Shown here in pieces: positions 45,399 to 54,049 of a DNA stretch of 64,000 nt. The notes beneath the pieces were generated by a model that did no database searches, was not told the origin of the DNA, and saw only the letters and a list, made by a program, of their open reading frames with translations. Made by a program: the position numbers and the translations under genes. Origin of the DNA: Nitrospirota bacterium (GTDB taxonomy: Bacteria; JACPQY01). How positions within the stretch are numbered: the stretch's first letter is position 1; every line of letters begins with the position of its first letter. The stretch spans positions 174,628 through 238,627 of the forward strand of contig JACPAV010000002.1 of the NCBI GenBank assembly GCA_016180645.1, written 5' to 3'.

Positions 45399-46220
45399 CT
45401 ACGCCCGCGCTTCCTCGAACGGGCTCCCCACGGTCCGACCCGCCGGCGTCACCTTGTACACCATCTTCAACCGCGTATGTCGGACATCCCGGTTCAAGTC
45501 CCGCACCTCGGGGTGTGCATCCAGCCATCGGATCGCCTCGACCGCATCCACCGGCCGACCTGGCTCGTAGAGGGCATCGAACACCCCGCGCAGAACCTCG
45601 TAGTCCTGGCCTCGATCCAGCGTCAGTCTCACATCGCCGCGGGCCAGTTCCGGCGTCCGTGCCGGCAAATTCGTCACGCTGAACGTTTCGGGATTCTCCA
45701 GGATCAAGCTGGTCACATGCTCCCGATGCTGGGGCTGGAGGTCGAACTTTTCCTGAGCCAGCAAGGCCTCCCGGCGGATGACTTCCCCTCCCAAACCGAG
45801 GGCCGCCCCGCGGGAAAGCGTTTCGTACCCCGTGTCACCGCAATTATGGGTGTAGTCCGCTCCCGACTTGAGGTGATGCTCCACACAGAGGTCCAGACCG
45901 GGTACGTCGATCAATGGGCAATCGCTCGTAACCCGCACGATGTGGTCTGCCGCAAATCTTTCCGCCGCGCGCGTGTATCGCCCAAGCACGTTGAGCTCTC
46001 CCCCCATCACAATCGGCCAGCCGCGCAGACCGGCGAGCGCGCGAAGGGGTCTGTCGCGATCGACACCGGTGGTCGCCAAGACCGCCGCATCGAGGGTCCG
46101 CGAAGCCGCAAGCCGCTCAAAAATGTGTTCGACGACGGACTTCCTCGCCAGGGGCAAAATCACCTTTCCCGGCAGACGGGTGCTCCCCATCCGCGCTTGT
46201 ACCACCGCCACCACCTTCAT
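45399..46220 (-). CDS. cytidylyltransferase-domain protein (SpsF/PseF-like)
   Basis: MKVVAVVQARMGSTRLPGKVI N-terminal motif of the SpsF-type CTP-transferase family; 273 aa. Confidence 0.6.
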   Translation of the reverse strand: MKVVAVVQARMGSTRLPGKVILPLARKSVVEHIFERLAASRTLDAAVLATTGVDRDRPLRALAGLRGWPIVMGGELNVLGRYTRAAERFAADHIVRVTSDCPLIDVPGLDLCVEHHLKSGADYTHNCGDTGYETLSRGAALGLGGEVIRREALLAQEKFDLQPQHREHVTSLILENPETFSVTNLPARTPELARGDVRLTLDRGQDYEVLRGVFDALYEPGRPVDAVEAIRWLDAHPEVRDLNRDVRHTRLKMVYKVTPAGRTVGSPFEEARA

Positions 46221-46224
46221 TCCG

Positions 46225-47277
46225 TCACTCCAAATCCGAGAGATGAACCAAGTCGTCCGGAAGAATGGCGCGTCTCGATCGTCGCCCGATCACCTTGCCC
46301 ACCTCCGAGGGGGAAAGTCCCGTTCCCGGACGCTTCAACGCGATCATGTCGCGGCCGATGACCATCCCCGGATCGATGGCCACGCGAGCGACAATGCTTC
46401 GCCGGCAGAGTTTCTTCATGTCCTGCTCCTCCGGACCGGGAGCGATGCGGCCTCCGCCGAGCATAAGTTCGGTTTGGCGTACCGCCTTGACCAAGGCCCG
46501 CAGCTCCGACGGATCGCAGGAGAAGGCGTGGTCCGGCCCGGCGAGCGACTTGTCCAGTGTGAAATGCTTCTCGATCATCACCGCGCCCAGGGCCGTGGCG
46601 AGGCGCGCCGCCTCGATGCCTTCCGTATGGTCCGAATAACCGACCGGGTAGGGAAAGAGCCGTCGCAGGCCGGAGATCCTTCGCATGTTGCAGGCCAGGT
46701 CGGGCGTGGGGTAGAGGGACACGCAGTGAAGGAGGACGATCTGCGAATTGCGGCTCGAACGCACGGCGCGGATGGCGTCGCGGATCTCCGCTTCGGAAGC
46801 CATGCCCGTCGAAAGGATCATGGGCAGCCTGAACCGGGCCAGATCCTTGAGGAGGGGGAGATTCGTCAGATCGTCCGATCCGACTTTGACGCACGGAACC
46901 TCCGTTTCAATCAGGGCTTCGACGGCATCCACGCTCGAAGGCGTGGAGAAAAACAGGACCCCCGCATGATCCGCCTCCGCCTTCAGGTCCGCCAGAAGCG
47001 GCAATGGAAGCTCATACCGGCGGAACATCTCGCGCATGGATTCAGTGATGGTGTTTCCCTTGGACACATACGTGTAGGTCGTGCCGCCATCCCCCACGAA
47101 ATCGTCCGCAAAAAAAGTCTGAAACTTTACCGCATCGACTCCACACTCCGCAGCTGTGCGGATCATCGCTTTGGCGGTTTCGGGGTCACCGTTGTGGTTG
47201 ATGCCGACCTCGGCCACGATGAGCGTCGGCTGCCCGCGGCCGATCAGCCGGTTCCCCAGCGCCACAGTGGTCTTCAT
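46225..47277 (-). CDS. pseI: NeuB-family nonulosonate (pseudaminic-acid-type) synthase
   Basis: LIVAEVGINHNGD and SAF-like domain; start set to ATG (MKTTVALG) at 47277 overlapping the PseB stop (ATGA). Confidence 0.7.
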   Translation of the reverse strand: MKTTVALGNRLIGRGQPTLIVAEVGINHNGDPETAKAMIRTAAECGVDAVKFQTFFADDFVGDGGTTYTYVSKGNTITESMREMFRRYELPLPLLADLKAEADHAGVLFFSTPSSVDAVEALIETEVPCVKVGSDDLTNLPLLKDLARFRLPMILSTGMASEAEIRDAIRAVRSSRNSQIVLLHCVSLYPTPDLACNMRRISGLRRLFPYPVGYSDHTEGIEAARLATALGAVMIEKHFTLDKSLAGPDHAFSCDPSELRALVKAVRQTELMLGGGRIAPGPEEQDMKKLCRRSIVARVAIDPGMVIGRDMIALKRPGTGLSPSEVGKVIGRRSRRAILPDDLVHLSDLE

Positions 47278-48290
47278 GTCACCCGTGCCTCCATTTCCAC
47301 GTTCTGACTCTTCCCGTTTGCGCGGGAGGCCACGAAAGTTTTCATCTCCTCCGCCTTCAGCCACCACTCATTGGTGTTGCTCGCATAACGGAAATCGTCG
47401 GGCAGCAGCCGCCCCTCGCGGGTTCGCTCCGGGTTCCACCATGGGAACTCCGGCTCTACCACGAAGTAGGAATCAAACTCGCGGGCGTGGCGGGCTTCAT
47501 CCTCGGTGAGAAGCACTTCGTGAAGTTTCTCGCCGGGGCGGACCCCCACTTCGGAAATTTGGGCTTCGGGCGCCACGCTGCGCGCCAGGTCAAGCACCTG
47601 CATGCTTGGAATTTTCGGCACAAAGATTTCCCCGCCCTTCATCCGTTCCAGGCATTCAAGGACGAATTGCGCGGCGCGGTCCAACGTGATCCAGAACCGC
47701 GTCATGCGCCGGTCCGTGATCGTCAAGACCCCCTTCATCCTTTGCAGTAGGAATAACGGGAGAACGCTTCCACGACTGCCAACCACGTTCCCATACCGGA
47801 CAACGGAAAACCGCGTTCCCCCCTGCCCGCCGTACGAGTTCCCTTGGATGAAGATTTTCTCCAGACAAAGTTTCGTCGCGCCGTAGAGATTCACCGGGTT
47901 GACCGCCTTGTCCGTGCTCAGGGCCACCACTTTCTTTACGCCACAATCGATGGCGGCCTCCATGACGTTCTCGGCGCCGAGGATGTTCGTCTTGACGGCC
48001 TCGAAAGGGTTGTATTCGCAAGCGGGGACCTGCTTGAGGGCGGCGGCGTGAATCACGAAGTCCACCCCCTCCATGGCGCGACGCAGCCGGTCCACGTCGC
48101 GGACATCTCCGAGCAGGAACCGCAGGGCCGGATGAGCCAGCTGCCGTCCCATGTCGTGTTGTTTGAGCTCGTCCCGGCTGAGGATGCGAACGGCCTTGGG
48201 AGGACCCGCCCTCAGGAGGAGTTGGGCAAACTCCCTTCCGAAGGAACCCGTTCCCCCGGTCACGAGAAAAGTGGTGTCATCCAGATTCAT
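47274..48290 (-). CDS. pseB: UDP-N-acetylglucosamine 4,6-dehydratase (inverting), PseB/FlaA1 family
   Basis: FLVTGGTGSFG, SRDELKQ, HAAALKQVPACEYNP, YGATKLC, TDRRMTRFWITLD, GGEIFVPKIPSM all match the PseB/FlaA1 family; 338 aa. Confidence 0.85.
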   Translation of the reverse strand: MNLDDTTFLVTGGTGSFGREFAQLLLRAGPPKAVRILSRDELKQHDMGRQLAHPALRFLLGDVRDVDRLRRAMEGVDFVIHAAALKQVPACEYNPFEAVKTNILGAENVMEAAIDCGVKKVVALSTDKAVNPVNLYGATKLCLEKIFIQGNSYGGQGGTRFSVVRYGNVVGSRGSVLPLFLLQRMKGVLTITDRRMTRFWITLDRAAQFVLECLERMKGGEIFVPKIPSMQVLDLARSVAPEAQISEVGVRPGEKLHEVLLTEDEARHAREFDSYFVVEPEFPWWNPERTREGRLLPDDFRYASNTNEWWLKAEEMKTFVASRANGKSQNVEMEARVT

Positions 48291-48393
48291 CCGCTCTTCC
48301 CCTTTCGCGAGGTTACGCCCCTCGTAGGCAACGAACGCACCTCTCCGTCAGGCGATATGCGCCCAATGGTTGATGATGGCGGTTGGACGGAGG

Positions 48394-48861
48394 CTACTTG
48401 CCGGCGGCAGCCGCCAAAGGAACGGGATCGATCATCACATCTGAGTGCCCGTTTCCCGTGGCCGGTTCCGGCTCGCGAATCATGTCCGCCACCCGGCGGG
48501 CGACGGCGGCGGCGATCCGGTCCACCAACGACTCGGGCAGTCCCGTCGTATCCACATGACCGTTGCCGTTCCCGTTGGACTTGCCGTTGGAGTGGCCGTT
48601 CCCGTTCATCCCGGCTGCGACTTCTTGCGAAGCTTCCACCGTGAGAGTATCGAGGAACCGCTTCGCGCCCTGAATGCTGTAGCCGTCTTCCTTGAGCAGC
48701 TTCTTGATCAGGGCCACGCGCGAAACATCCTCATCCGAGTAGAACCGGTGTTTCCCCTGGGAACGGGAGGGGGCGAGCAGCTCGCCGAACTCCTTCTCCC
48801 AGTACCTCAGCGTGTGGGAGAGAACTCCCGTGCGCTGGCTTACTTCTTTGATTCTGTACAT
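48394..48861 (-). CDS. MerR-family transcriptional regulator (HspR-like) with C-terminal Asn-Gly repeat
   Basis: MYRIKEVSQRTGVLSHTLRYWEKEFG HTH; strong AAGGAGG SD upstream; C-terminal NGNGHSNGKSNGNGNGH low-complexity region. Confidence 0.7.
   Translation of the reverse strand: MYRIKEVSQRTGVLSHTLRYWEKEFGELLAPSRSQGKHRFYSDEDVSRVALIKKLLKEDGYSIQGAKRFLDTLTVEASQEVAAGMNGNGHSNGKSNGNGNGHVDTTGLPESLVDRIAAAVARRVADMIREPEPATGNGHSDVMIDPVPLAAAAGK
48560..48607. repeat. hexanucleotide tandem repeat (CCGTTG/CCGTTC units) encoding the Asn-Gly repeat
   Basis: About eight 6-nt units read directly; in frame, so copy-number change would alter repeat length without frameshift. Confidence 0.6.
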
Positions 48862-49371
48862 GCAAACACCTCCTTGTGTTGCGTCAAAATTGATCGCCGC
48901 GAGATGCTCCCAAGCACCACGGATCCCTGTAGTTCATATTCGCCCTTCCATAGTAGAACGGACTTCATGCCCCTTCTTGGATTTACTATCGGATAGTTTC
49001 ATAAAACACTTTAGTGTGAGCAAGTGGCGTTCCAACTGGACCGAGCGAAAAAGCTTGTAAGTTCATTGCGATAGAGGTCGGATAGGCGGAGCGGCGCGAA
49101 GGTCGGCAATTCCTGCCAACCTCCAGTGAAAATTCGCCCTGGGCTTGAATGTCCGATAGCACACTCAGAGTCACCCTCCTCACCCGCCAACCTGACGCCT
49201 CTTCGCCCCTTCCCCACCTTCGGGCCACGTCAACCTGACGCAGGCTTCAGGCCGCGCGCTGATTCCCCAGTCATGACATGCCCTCATTCGCCGCTGCGAT
49301 GGCATCAGCGTTGCGCTCATGAGGAGCAGAAAAGAATCTAGAACGGAAAGCCAAAAGAAAGGAGCACAAAC

Positions 49372-49803
49372 ATGTTGGTACGATGGATCCCCGCTGCGGA
49401 GGGGTCGGATTTGAATCGGGCGATGGACCGATTTTTCGGCCGCCCCTTGTTCAACCTCTTTGACGGCGCGGACACCGAATTGCCGCGAGCGGACGTTTCG
49501 GAAACCGAGGACGCGTATCAGTTTGAGATCGACGTTCCGGGATTGGACAAGAACGACCTCAAAGTGGAGTTGAAGGAGAGCGTCCTCACCGTCTCCGGCG
49601 AGTACAAAGAGGAGAAGGACGAAAAGAACAAGGCCTATCTGTCGCGCGAGCGGCTGCTGGGTCGATTCGCCCGGTCCTTCGTGGTCCCCGGCGATATTGA
49701 CGACAAGAAACTGAAGGCCGAATTCAAATCCGGCATTCTCCGCATCCTTCTCCCCAAGACGGAACGTGCGCGGAGCCGCGAAATCCCAATCCAGGTATCG
49801 TAG
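49372..49803 (+). CDS. Hsp20/alpha-crystallin family small heat-shock protein
   Basis: YQFEIDVPGLDKNDLKVELKESVLTVSGE and GILRILLPK are alpha-crystallin-domain signatures; AAGGAG SD 7 nt upstream; 143 aa. Confidence 0.85.
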   Translation: MLVRWIPAAEGSDLNRAMDRFFGRPLFNLFDGADTELPRADVSETEDAYQFEIDVPGLDKNDLKVELKESVLTVSGEYKEEKDEKNKAYLSRERLLGRFARSFVVPGDIDDKKLKAEFKSGILRILLPKTERARSREIPIQVS

Positions 49804-49824
49804 TCTTCCTGGCGTTCACACCGT

Positions 49825-49905
49825 AGGGGGCGGGGCTTCGGCCTTCGAAGCCGCTTCGGCGAAGCAGGCCCGACCCGCCCCCTCCGCCTTCCTTCGCACT
49901 TTTTC
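49825..49905 (+). terminator. GC-rich stem-loop (AGGGGGCGGG ... CCCGCCCCCT) followed by a T-rich stretch; possible bidirectional terminator
   Basis: Perfect 10-bp inverted repeat with nested smaller hairpins, then CTTTTTCT about 15 nt downstream; lies between convergent hsp20 and higA. Confidence 0.3.
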
Positions 49906-50039
49906 TGGGGACACCATGCCAATTCTTGCGAAATGAGTGAGGTGCTCCCCGGATTCGTCCCGGATTCCCCGATGGCCGGCCCGCTGTCAAGTTATGGTCA
50001 GGTTTACTGACCTAAACAATATCGTAAGTGGGTGGGCGA

Positions 50040-50351
50040 TCAGGCGGCTACCGCCTCCGACCGGCTCAGCACCCGTGCCCGCCGCCAGGATCTCGATTCT
50101 CGGCAGGCGTGCCAGAGATCGTAATTGCGCTGTAGGTTGAGCCAGAGCTCCGGCGAGGTGCCGAAGGCCCTGGACAGGCGCAATGCCATGTCCGTGGTCA
50201 CGGGCGCGTGCTCATTAATGATCTTGGAAAGCGTCTTGCGCGAAACCCCCAATGCCGAGGCGGCCCCGGAGACCGTCAAGGAAAGAGGCTCGAGATAATC
50301 TCTCTTGAGGATCCCACCGGGGTGCGTGGGCGGTCGCTTTCTCGGAATCAT
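50040..50351 (-). CDS. higA: HigA-type antitoxin (XRE-family HTH)
   Basis: LSLTVSGAASALGVSRKTLSKIINEHAPVTTDMALRLSRAFGTSPELWLNLQ is a typical HigA HTH; 103 aa; directly downstream of the toxin gene. Confidence 0.75.
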   Translation of the reverse strand: MIPRKRPPTHPGGILKRDYLEPLSLTVSGAASALGVSRKTLSKIINEHAPVTTDMALRLSRAFGTSPELWLNLQRNYDLWHACRESRSWRRARVLSRSEAVAA

Positions 50352-50366
50352 GGGGTCTCGCTCAGT

Positions 50367-50645
50367 TCAGTGGTAGTCGACATAGTCCACCTCGGAGGCG
50401 CCGCCGTCCTCCCAGCGGAAGGTGACGCGCCAGTTGCCGGAAACTTTCAGCGACCAATGCCCCTTCAAGTCACCCTTCAACGGGTGGAGATTGGAGCCGG
50501 GGTAATCCATGTCCTGGGGCCTCACGGCGGCGTTGAGCCGGTCCAGGATGTCCGCCAGCTTGCCCGCGTGAGCGGGTTGGATGCCCTTTTTCGATCCATC
50601 ATAGAAGAATGTTTCCAAGCCCTTGTGCCGGAAGCTCTTGATCAA
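50367..50645 (-). CDS. higB: HigB-type toxin (RelE/ParE superfamily)
   Basis: MIKSFRHKGLETFFYDGSKKGI...LKGDLKGHWSLKVSGNWRVTF matches HigB killer proteins; TTG start per my reading; 92 aa. Confidence 0.75.
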   Translation of the reverse strand: MIKSFRHKGLETFFYDGSKKGIQPAHAGKLADILDRLNAAVRPQDMDYPGSNLHPLKGDLKGHWSLKVSGNWRVTFRWEDGGASEVDYVDYH

Positions 50646-50651
50646 TGTCCA

Positions 50652-50680
50652 CAGTGTAACCTATAGGGTTACGTTGTCAA
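50652..50680 (-). promoter_or_regulatory. candidate higBA promoter (TTGACA-N16-TACACT) with operator palindrome GTAACC-TATAG-GGTTAC
   Basis: Read directly, immediately upstream of higB; palindrome overlaps the spacer and -10. Confidence 0.35.
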
Positions 50681-50835
50681 GCGCGGGGCGAGCCGGATCG
50701 GGCTGTGAAGTATGGTGTTCTACGGGGGATCGCCGGCACCGTATGCTCGCGTTTAGAGATATTAACCCGTTCATGGCCTACACCCCCCCGTCTTGTGATG
50801 CTCTCCATCTTGGGAACGACAGGTCTCCATTTCCA

Positions 50836-51540
50836 TCATTCTCCTGCATCAGATCGAAAAACATAGTGGACTCCCAACCCCACTAGCCAGGACTTTGAGT
50901 AGACGTCCCCGTCCACGAGAATCAAGCGGTAGGTGACTGGCAAACTCATCCTAACCAGCTTGTGGGCCTCGTACTCGAAGCCACCGGTCATCGAGACAGA
51001 CATTCCCATACGCTGGGAGTATCCCGTGCCAAGAACAATACCACCTCCCGCGGCCAACTCGCCTGCGAACCCGGGCAACCCGCCCCCCCATGGACTCACT
51101 GGTCCATTGATAGAAGATGGATCCGACGTGAAACCAATCAAAGACGCCGGATTCGATTCTTCCAAGAAAAGGAGGGCGGGCCCTGCGCCGGCACGAAGGA
51201 ACGGCAGGATCTCCACTGTTCTGTAGCTCAGTTGGACGCCGAGGTTTGAGTCCAGAGCATGGATATCGCTTCCGCGTACCACAACGGGCGCCACTGGATG
51301 TAAGATACGCATCCCACCAGCGAGATGAGTGTACCCGAGGTCGATAAAGCCACCGAGCAGCGCCGCCTTGCTTGGTTGTACCGAGAGGCCCGCTCGGAGG
51401 GTCATCACCTTCTCAATCCCGGGGGGAGTCTCGGCGTCCCCAATACCATATTCGTGCACCCCTCCACTAACAACCAGTGAGTTCGCTGCGCGAGGCGTCG
51501 CAATCAACATCATGAGGAAAAGGGGTGTGCCGAACTTCAA
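50836..51540 (-). CDS. putative outer-membrane beta-barrel-like protein (low confidence)
   Basis: Gly/aromatic-rich alternating pattern and C-terminal aromatic-rich end (VHYVFRS); signal-like PLFLMMLIATPRAANS; start ambiguous (TTG at about 51540 or ATG at about 51513); lower-GC region. Confidence 0.3.
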   Translation of the reverse strand: MKFGTPLFLMMLIATPRAANSLVVSGGVHEYGIGDAETPPGIEKVMTLRAGLSVQPSKAALLGGFIDLGYTHLAGGMRILHPVAPVVVRGSDIHALDSNLGVQLSYRTVEILPFLRAGAGPALLFLEESNPASLIGFTSDPSSINGPVSPWGGGLPGFAGELAAGGGIVLGTGYSQRMGMSVSMTGGFEYEAHKLVRMSLPVTYRLILVDGDVYSKSWLVGLGVHYVFRSDAGE

Positions 51541-52250
51541 GGGTTTGAACTCCCAACCGTCCACAGCAAACCAATCCCGATGTCGAACATCTCGATATCC
51601 CTCCCACCAGCCATGACACGTCGGTATACCATCGGTAGTCTGGCATGCCATTGATTGGAACAGTTGACCTGGATTCCGGTAGTGAGTTCGGCCACGGGGT
51701 GGAATCCCGCTTCCTGTACCTCTGAGGCTGCACCCGCCGATAGAGGCATCACCAGCTTCGCCGATGTATTGACGTAGGACAGGCCCCCCCCAAGAGCAAG
51801 AAAGGGCGCGATCCTTGCTTCAGTCGGGTGGTACCAGATCCCAATAGTTGAAGGCAGTTCAAGTGTATGCTGGCTGGCAGAGAGTTGCACCTGAGAGTTT
51901 TCTCCACTAGTAGCAGAGGCGCCTAGTGAGAGCCCAAGGGCAGCAGTGCCGAGCAATCTCCGTTCCACGTGAATCCGGAATGCGTAGCCCACGCCTGCAA
52001 CTGAGTCATAAGAACCGATCGGTACTGCCAAGCCAGCGTACCCAATGCCTAGGCTGGTGGCAGGGGAATCGCCTACCGCAATTCTCGGCAATCCGTGATA
52101 GAGCAGGGCTAGGAGGAATAACAATACTGTGTTTCTAATCAAGTCTCTCTCGATGGATGGATTTGGAAAGTGCAGCCTAATGTTTCCTGACCATGGTCCC
52201 ATCCAAAATAGTCCGTGCATATCGTAGTTGGTCAGTGGCCTATTGCGCAA
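51537..52250 (-). CDS. putative outer-membrane beta-barrel-like protein (low confidence), tandem paralog or frameshifted partner of the downstream ORF
   Basis: Signal-like TVLLFLLALLYHGLPRIAVG followed by a Gly/Ala/Ser-rich region; stop overlaps the putative start of the next ORF; lower-GC region. Confidence 0.3.
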   Translation of the reverse strand: MRNRPLTNYDMHGLFWMGPWSGNIRLHFPNPSIERDLIRNTVLLFLLALLYHGLPRIAVGDSPATSLGIGYAGLAVPIGSYDSVAGVGYAFRIHVERRLLGTAALGLSLGASATSGENSQVQLSASQHTLELPSTIGIWYHPTEARIAPFLALGGGLSYVNTSAKLVMPLSAGAASEVQEAGFHPVAELTTGIQVNCSNQWHARLPMVYRRVMAGGRDIEMFDIGIGLLWTVGSSNP

Positions 52251-52378
52251 GCCCGTACTGATCTAGTATGCGGAGGTGCAAGTCCAATGGTATTGGGGTC
52301 TGGCTTGCTATATTGACTTATTCGAGAAGGACAGAAGGGGAATCGGAAGGAAAAACATATAGGCTGCGTGTTCCACTA

Positions 52379-54037
52379 CTACACTTTGACGTCCCGGTCT
52401 TTCCAGTAGCGGTCGCGGAGCTCTCGCTTGAGGACCTTGCCGGAGGGATTGCGCGGAAGATCGTCGACGAACTCGACTGTTTTCGGCTTCTTGTAGCCGG
52501 CGAGCTTCGCCTTGCAGAATTGGATGAGAGCCTCGGCCGTTGGTTTTGACCCGCTGCGGGGGACCACGAACGCCTTGAGCGCCTCGCCCCACTCCTCGTC
52601 CGGCACTCCGATCACGGCGACGTCGTCCACGTCGGGATGCTCGCGGAGCGCCACTTCAATTTCCGCCGGATAGATGTTCACTCCCGCGGAGAGCACCATG
52701 TCGCTCTTGCGGTCCACGATGGTGAGGAACCCCTCCTCATCCATGACGCCCACGTCCCCCACGCTGAAATACTTCCCGCGGAAGCATTTCTTGGTTTCCT
52801 CCGGGAGTTCGTTGTATCCGTCGATCAGGGCCGAGCTGTAGGCGAATATTTCCCCTCGCTCTCCCGGTCCCACTTCGCGGCCCTCGTCGTCGTACAGCTT
52901 GACTTTGTTTCCCGGCGCAATCCGGCCGACGGACCTTGATTTCCTGCGGACATCCTGCGGGTAGAGGATCGTATTGATCCCCGCCTCGGTCGACCCGTAG
53001 AACTCATAGAGCACCTCACCGAACCGGTCGAGGGTCTTCAGCTTCGCATCGGCGGGAAGCGGAGCCGCCGACGAGATGATCGCGCGCAGGCTGGAGGTGT
53101 CATATTTCTTGAAGACCTCCTCGGGCAGCTTGAGGATGGCTTGGAGCATGTAGGGAACCAGGAACACGCTGGTCACTTTCTCCCGATGGATGGTCGCCAG
53201 CACTTCTTCGGGATCAAACTTCTTCATGATGACGAGAGGAACGCCCACGATAAGATTCATCGAGGCCAGCGCGATGGGAGCCCCGTGGTAGAGCGGGCAG
53301 ACTACAAGATGGACGTCATCCGCGTTGAATCCAAATTCGCTGATCATGACCATTCCCATGGTCACGGCCTTCTTCACGTTTCGCACGGCCCCCTTGGGCC
53401 GGCCCGTCGTCCCGGATGTGTAGAGGAGCCCTTTCGGTTCCACCTTGTGCGCCTTCTTCGTGGCTTCGGGTGGAAGCGCCGGTTCCTTGTCGATCATCAA
53501 CGCCGCATAGCTGGGGTCGTCGAGGTCCATTTCCTCGGAGGAATACCAGTGCTTGACCTCCGGCAGGCGCTTCTTGAGTTCCCGGACCGTCTCTGTCAGG
53601 TCCTCACTGTAGAAAACGATCCGGCTCTTGGAATCCTTGAGGATGTATTCGGCTTCCGCGGTCTTCAGACGGTAGTTGATGAGCACGCCGTCCGCCTGGA
53701 TAGAGTTGAAGGCCGCGATGAGTTGCGGGTACGAAAACGTGTTTCGGCTGAAAATCGCCATGGGCACCTGCGCCCGGATGCCGATGTCCCACAGGCCCCG
53801 CGAAAGGCACCCAACCCGCTCGGCGAATTCCGAAAAGCGCAACCGCCGGTCGCCGCACACCAAAACAATCCGGTCCGGCTCGATGCCCGCGCGCGCCTGG
53901 ATCAGATCCAGCAGGCTCCCCCGGCCCATCATTCGCTGCGCGAGGAGGCGCAAGAATTCCCCATGACCCAGACGGCCTCGGAACTGCTTCGCTCCGCGGC
54001 GGACGCTCCGCGCTAGATTCACGTAATAGTCAAGCAT
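52379..54037 (-). CDS. acyl-CoA synthetase / AMP-dependent ligase (ANL superfamily)
   Basis: LLYTSGTTGRPKG AMP-binding motif, YGSTE, and C-terminal PRNPSGKVLKREL; 552 aa. Confidence 0.8.
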   Translation of the reverse strand: MLDYYVNLARSVRRGAKQFRGRLGHGEFLRLLAQRMMGRGSLLDLIQARAGIEPDRIVLVCGDRRLRFSEFAERVGCLSRGLWDIGIRAQVPMAIFSRNTFSYPQLIAAFNSIQADGVLINYRLKTAEAEYILKDSKSRIVFYSEDLTETVRELKKRLPEVKHWYSSEEMDLDDPSYAALMIDKEPALPPEATKKAHKVEPKGLLYTSGTTGRPKGAVRNVKKAVTMGMVMISEFGFNADDVHLVVCPLYHGAPIALASMNLIVGVPLVIMKKFDPEEVLATIHREKVTSVFLVPYMLQAILKLPEEVFKKYDTSSLRAIISSAAPLPADAKLKTLDRFGEVLYEFYGSTEAGINTILYPQDVRRKSRSVGRIAPGNKVKLYDDEGREVGPGERGEIFAYSSALIDGYNELPEETKKCFRGKYFSVGDVGVMDEEGFLTIVDRKSDMVLSAGVNIYPAEIEVALREHPDVDDVAVIGVPDEEWGEALKAFVVPRSGSKPTAEALIQFCKAKLAGYKKPKTVEFVDDLPRNPSGKVLKRELRDRYWKDRDVKV

Positions 54038-54049
54038 GTGACTGGAGTG

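Noticed and set aside
49100-49371. Heat-shock operator (HAIR/CIRCE) or sigma32 promoter upstream of hsp20
   Set aside because: Only partial half-site matches (CTTGAAT ... ACTCAGA with non-canonical spacing; TAGCACACTC) were found; not enough to annotate a site without a motif scan.
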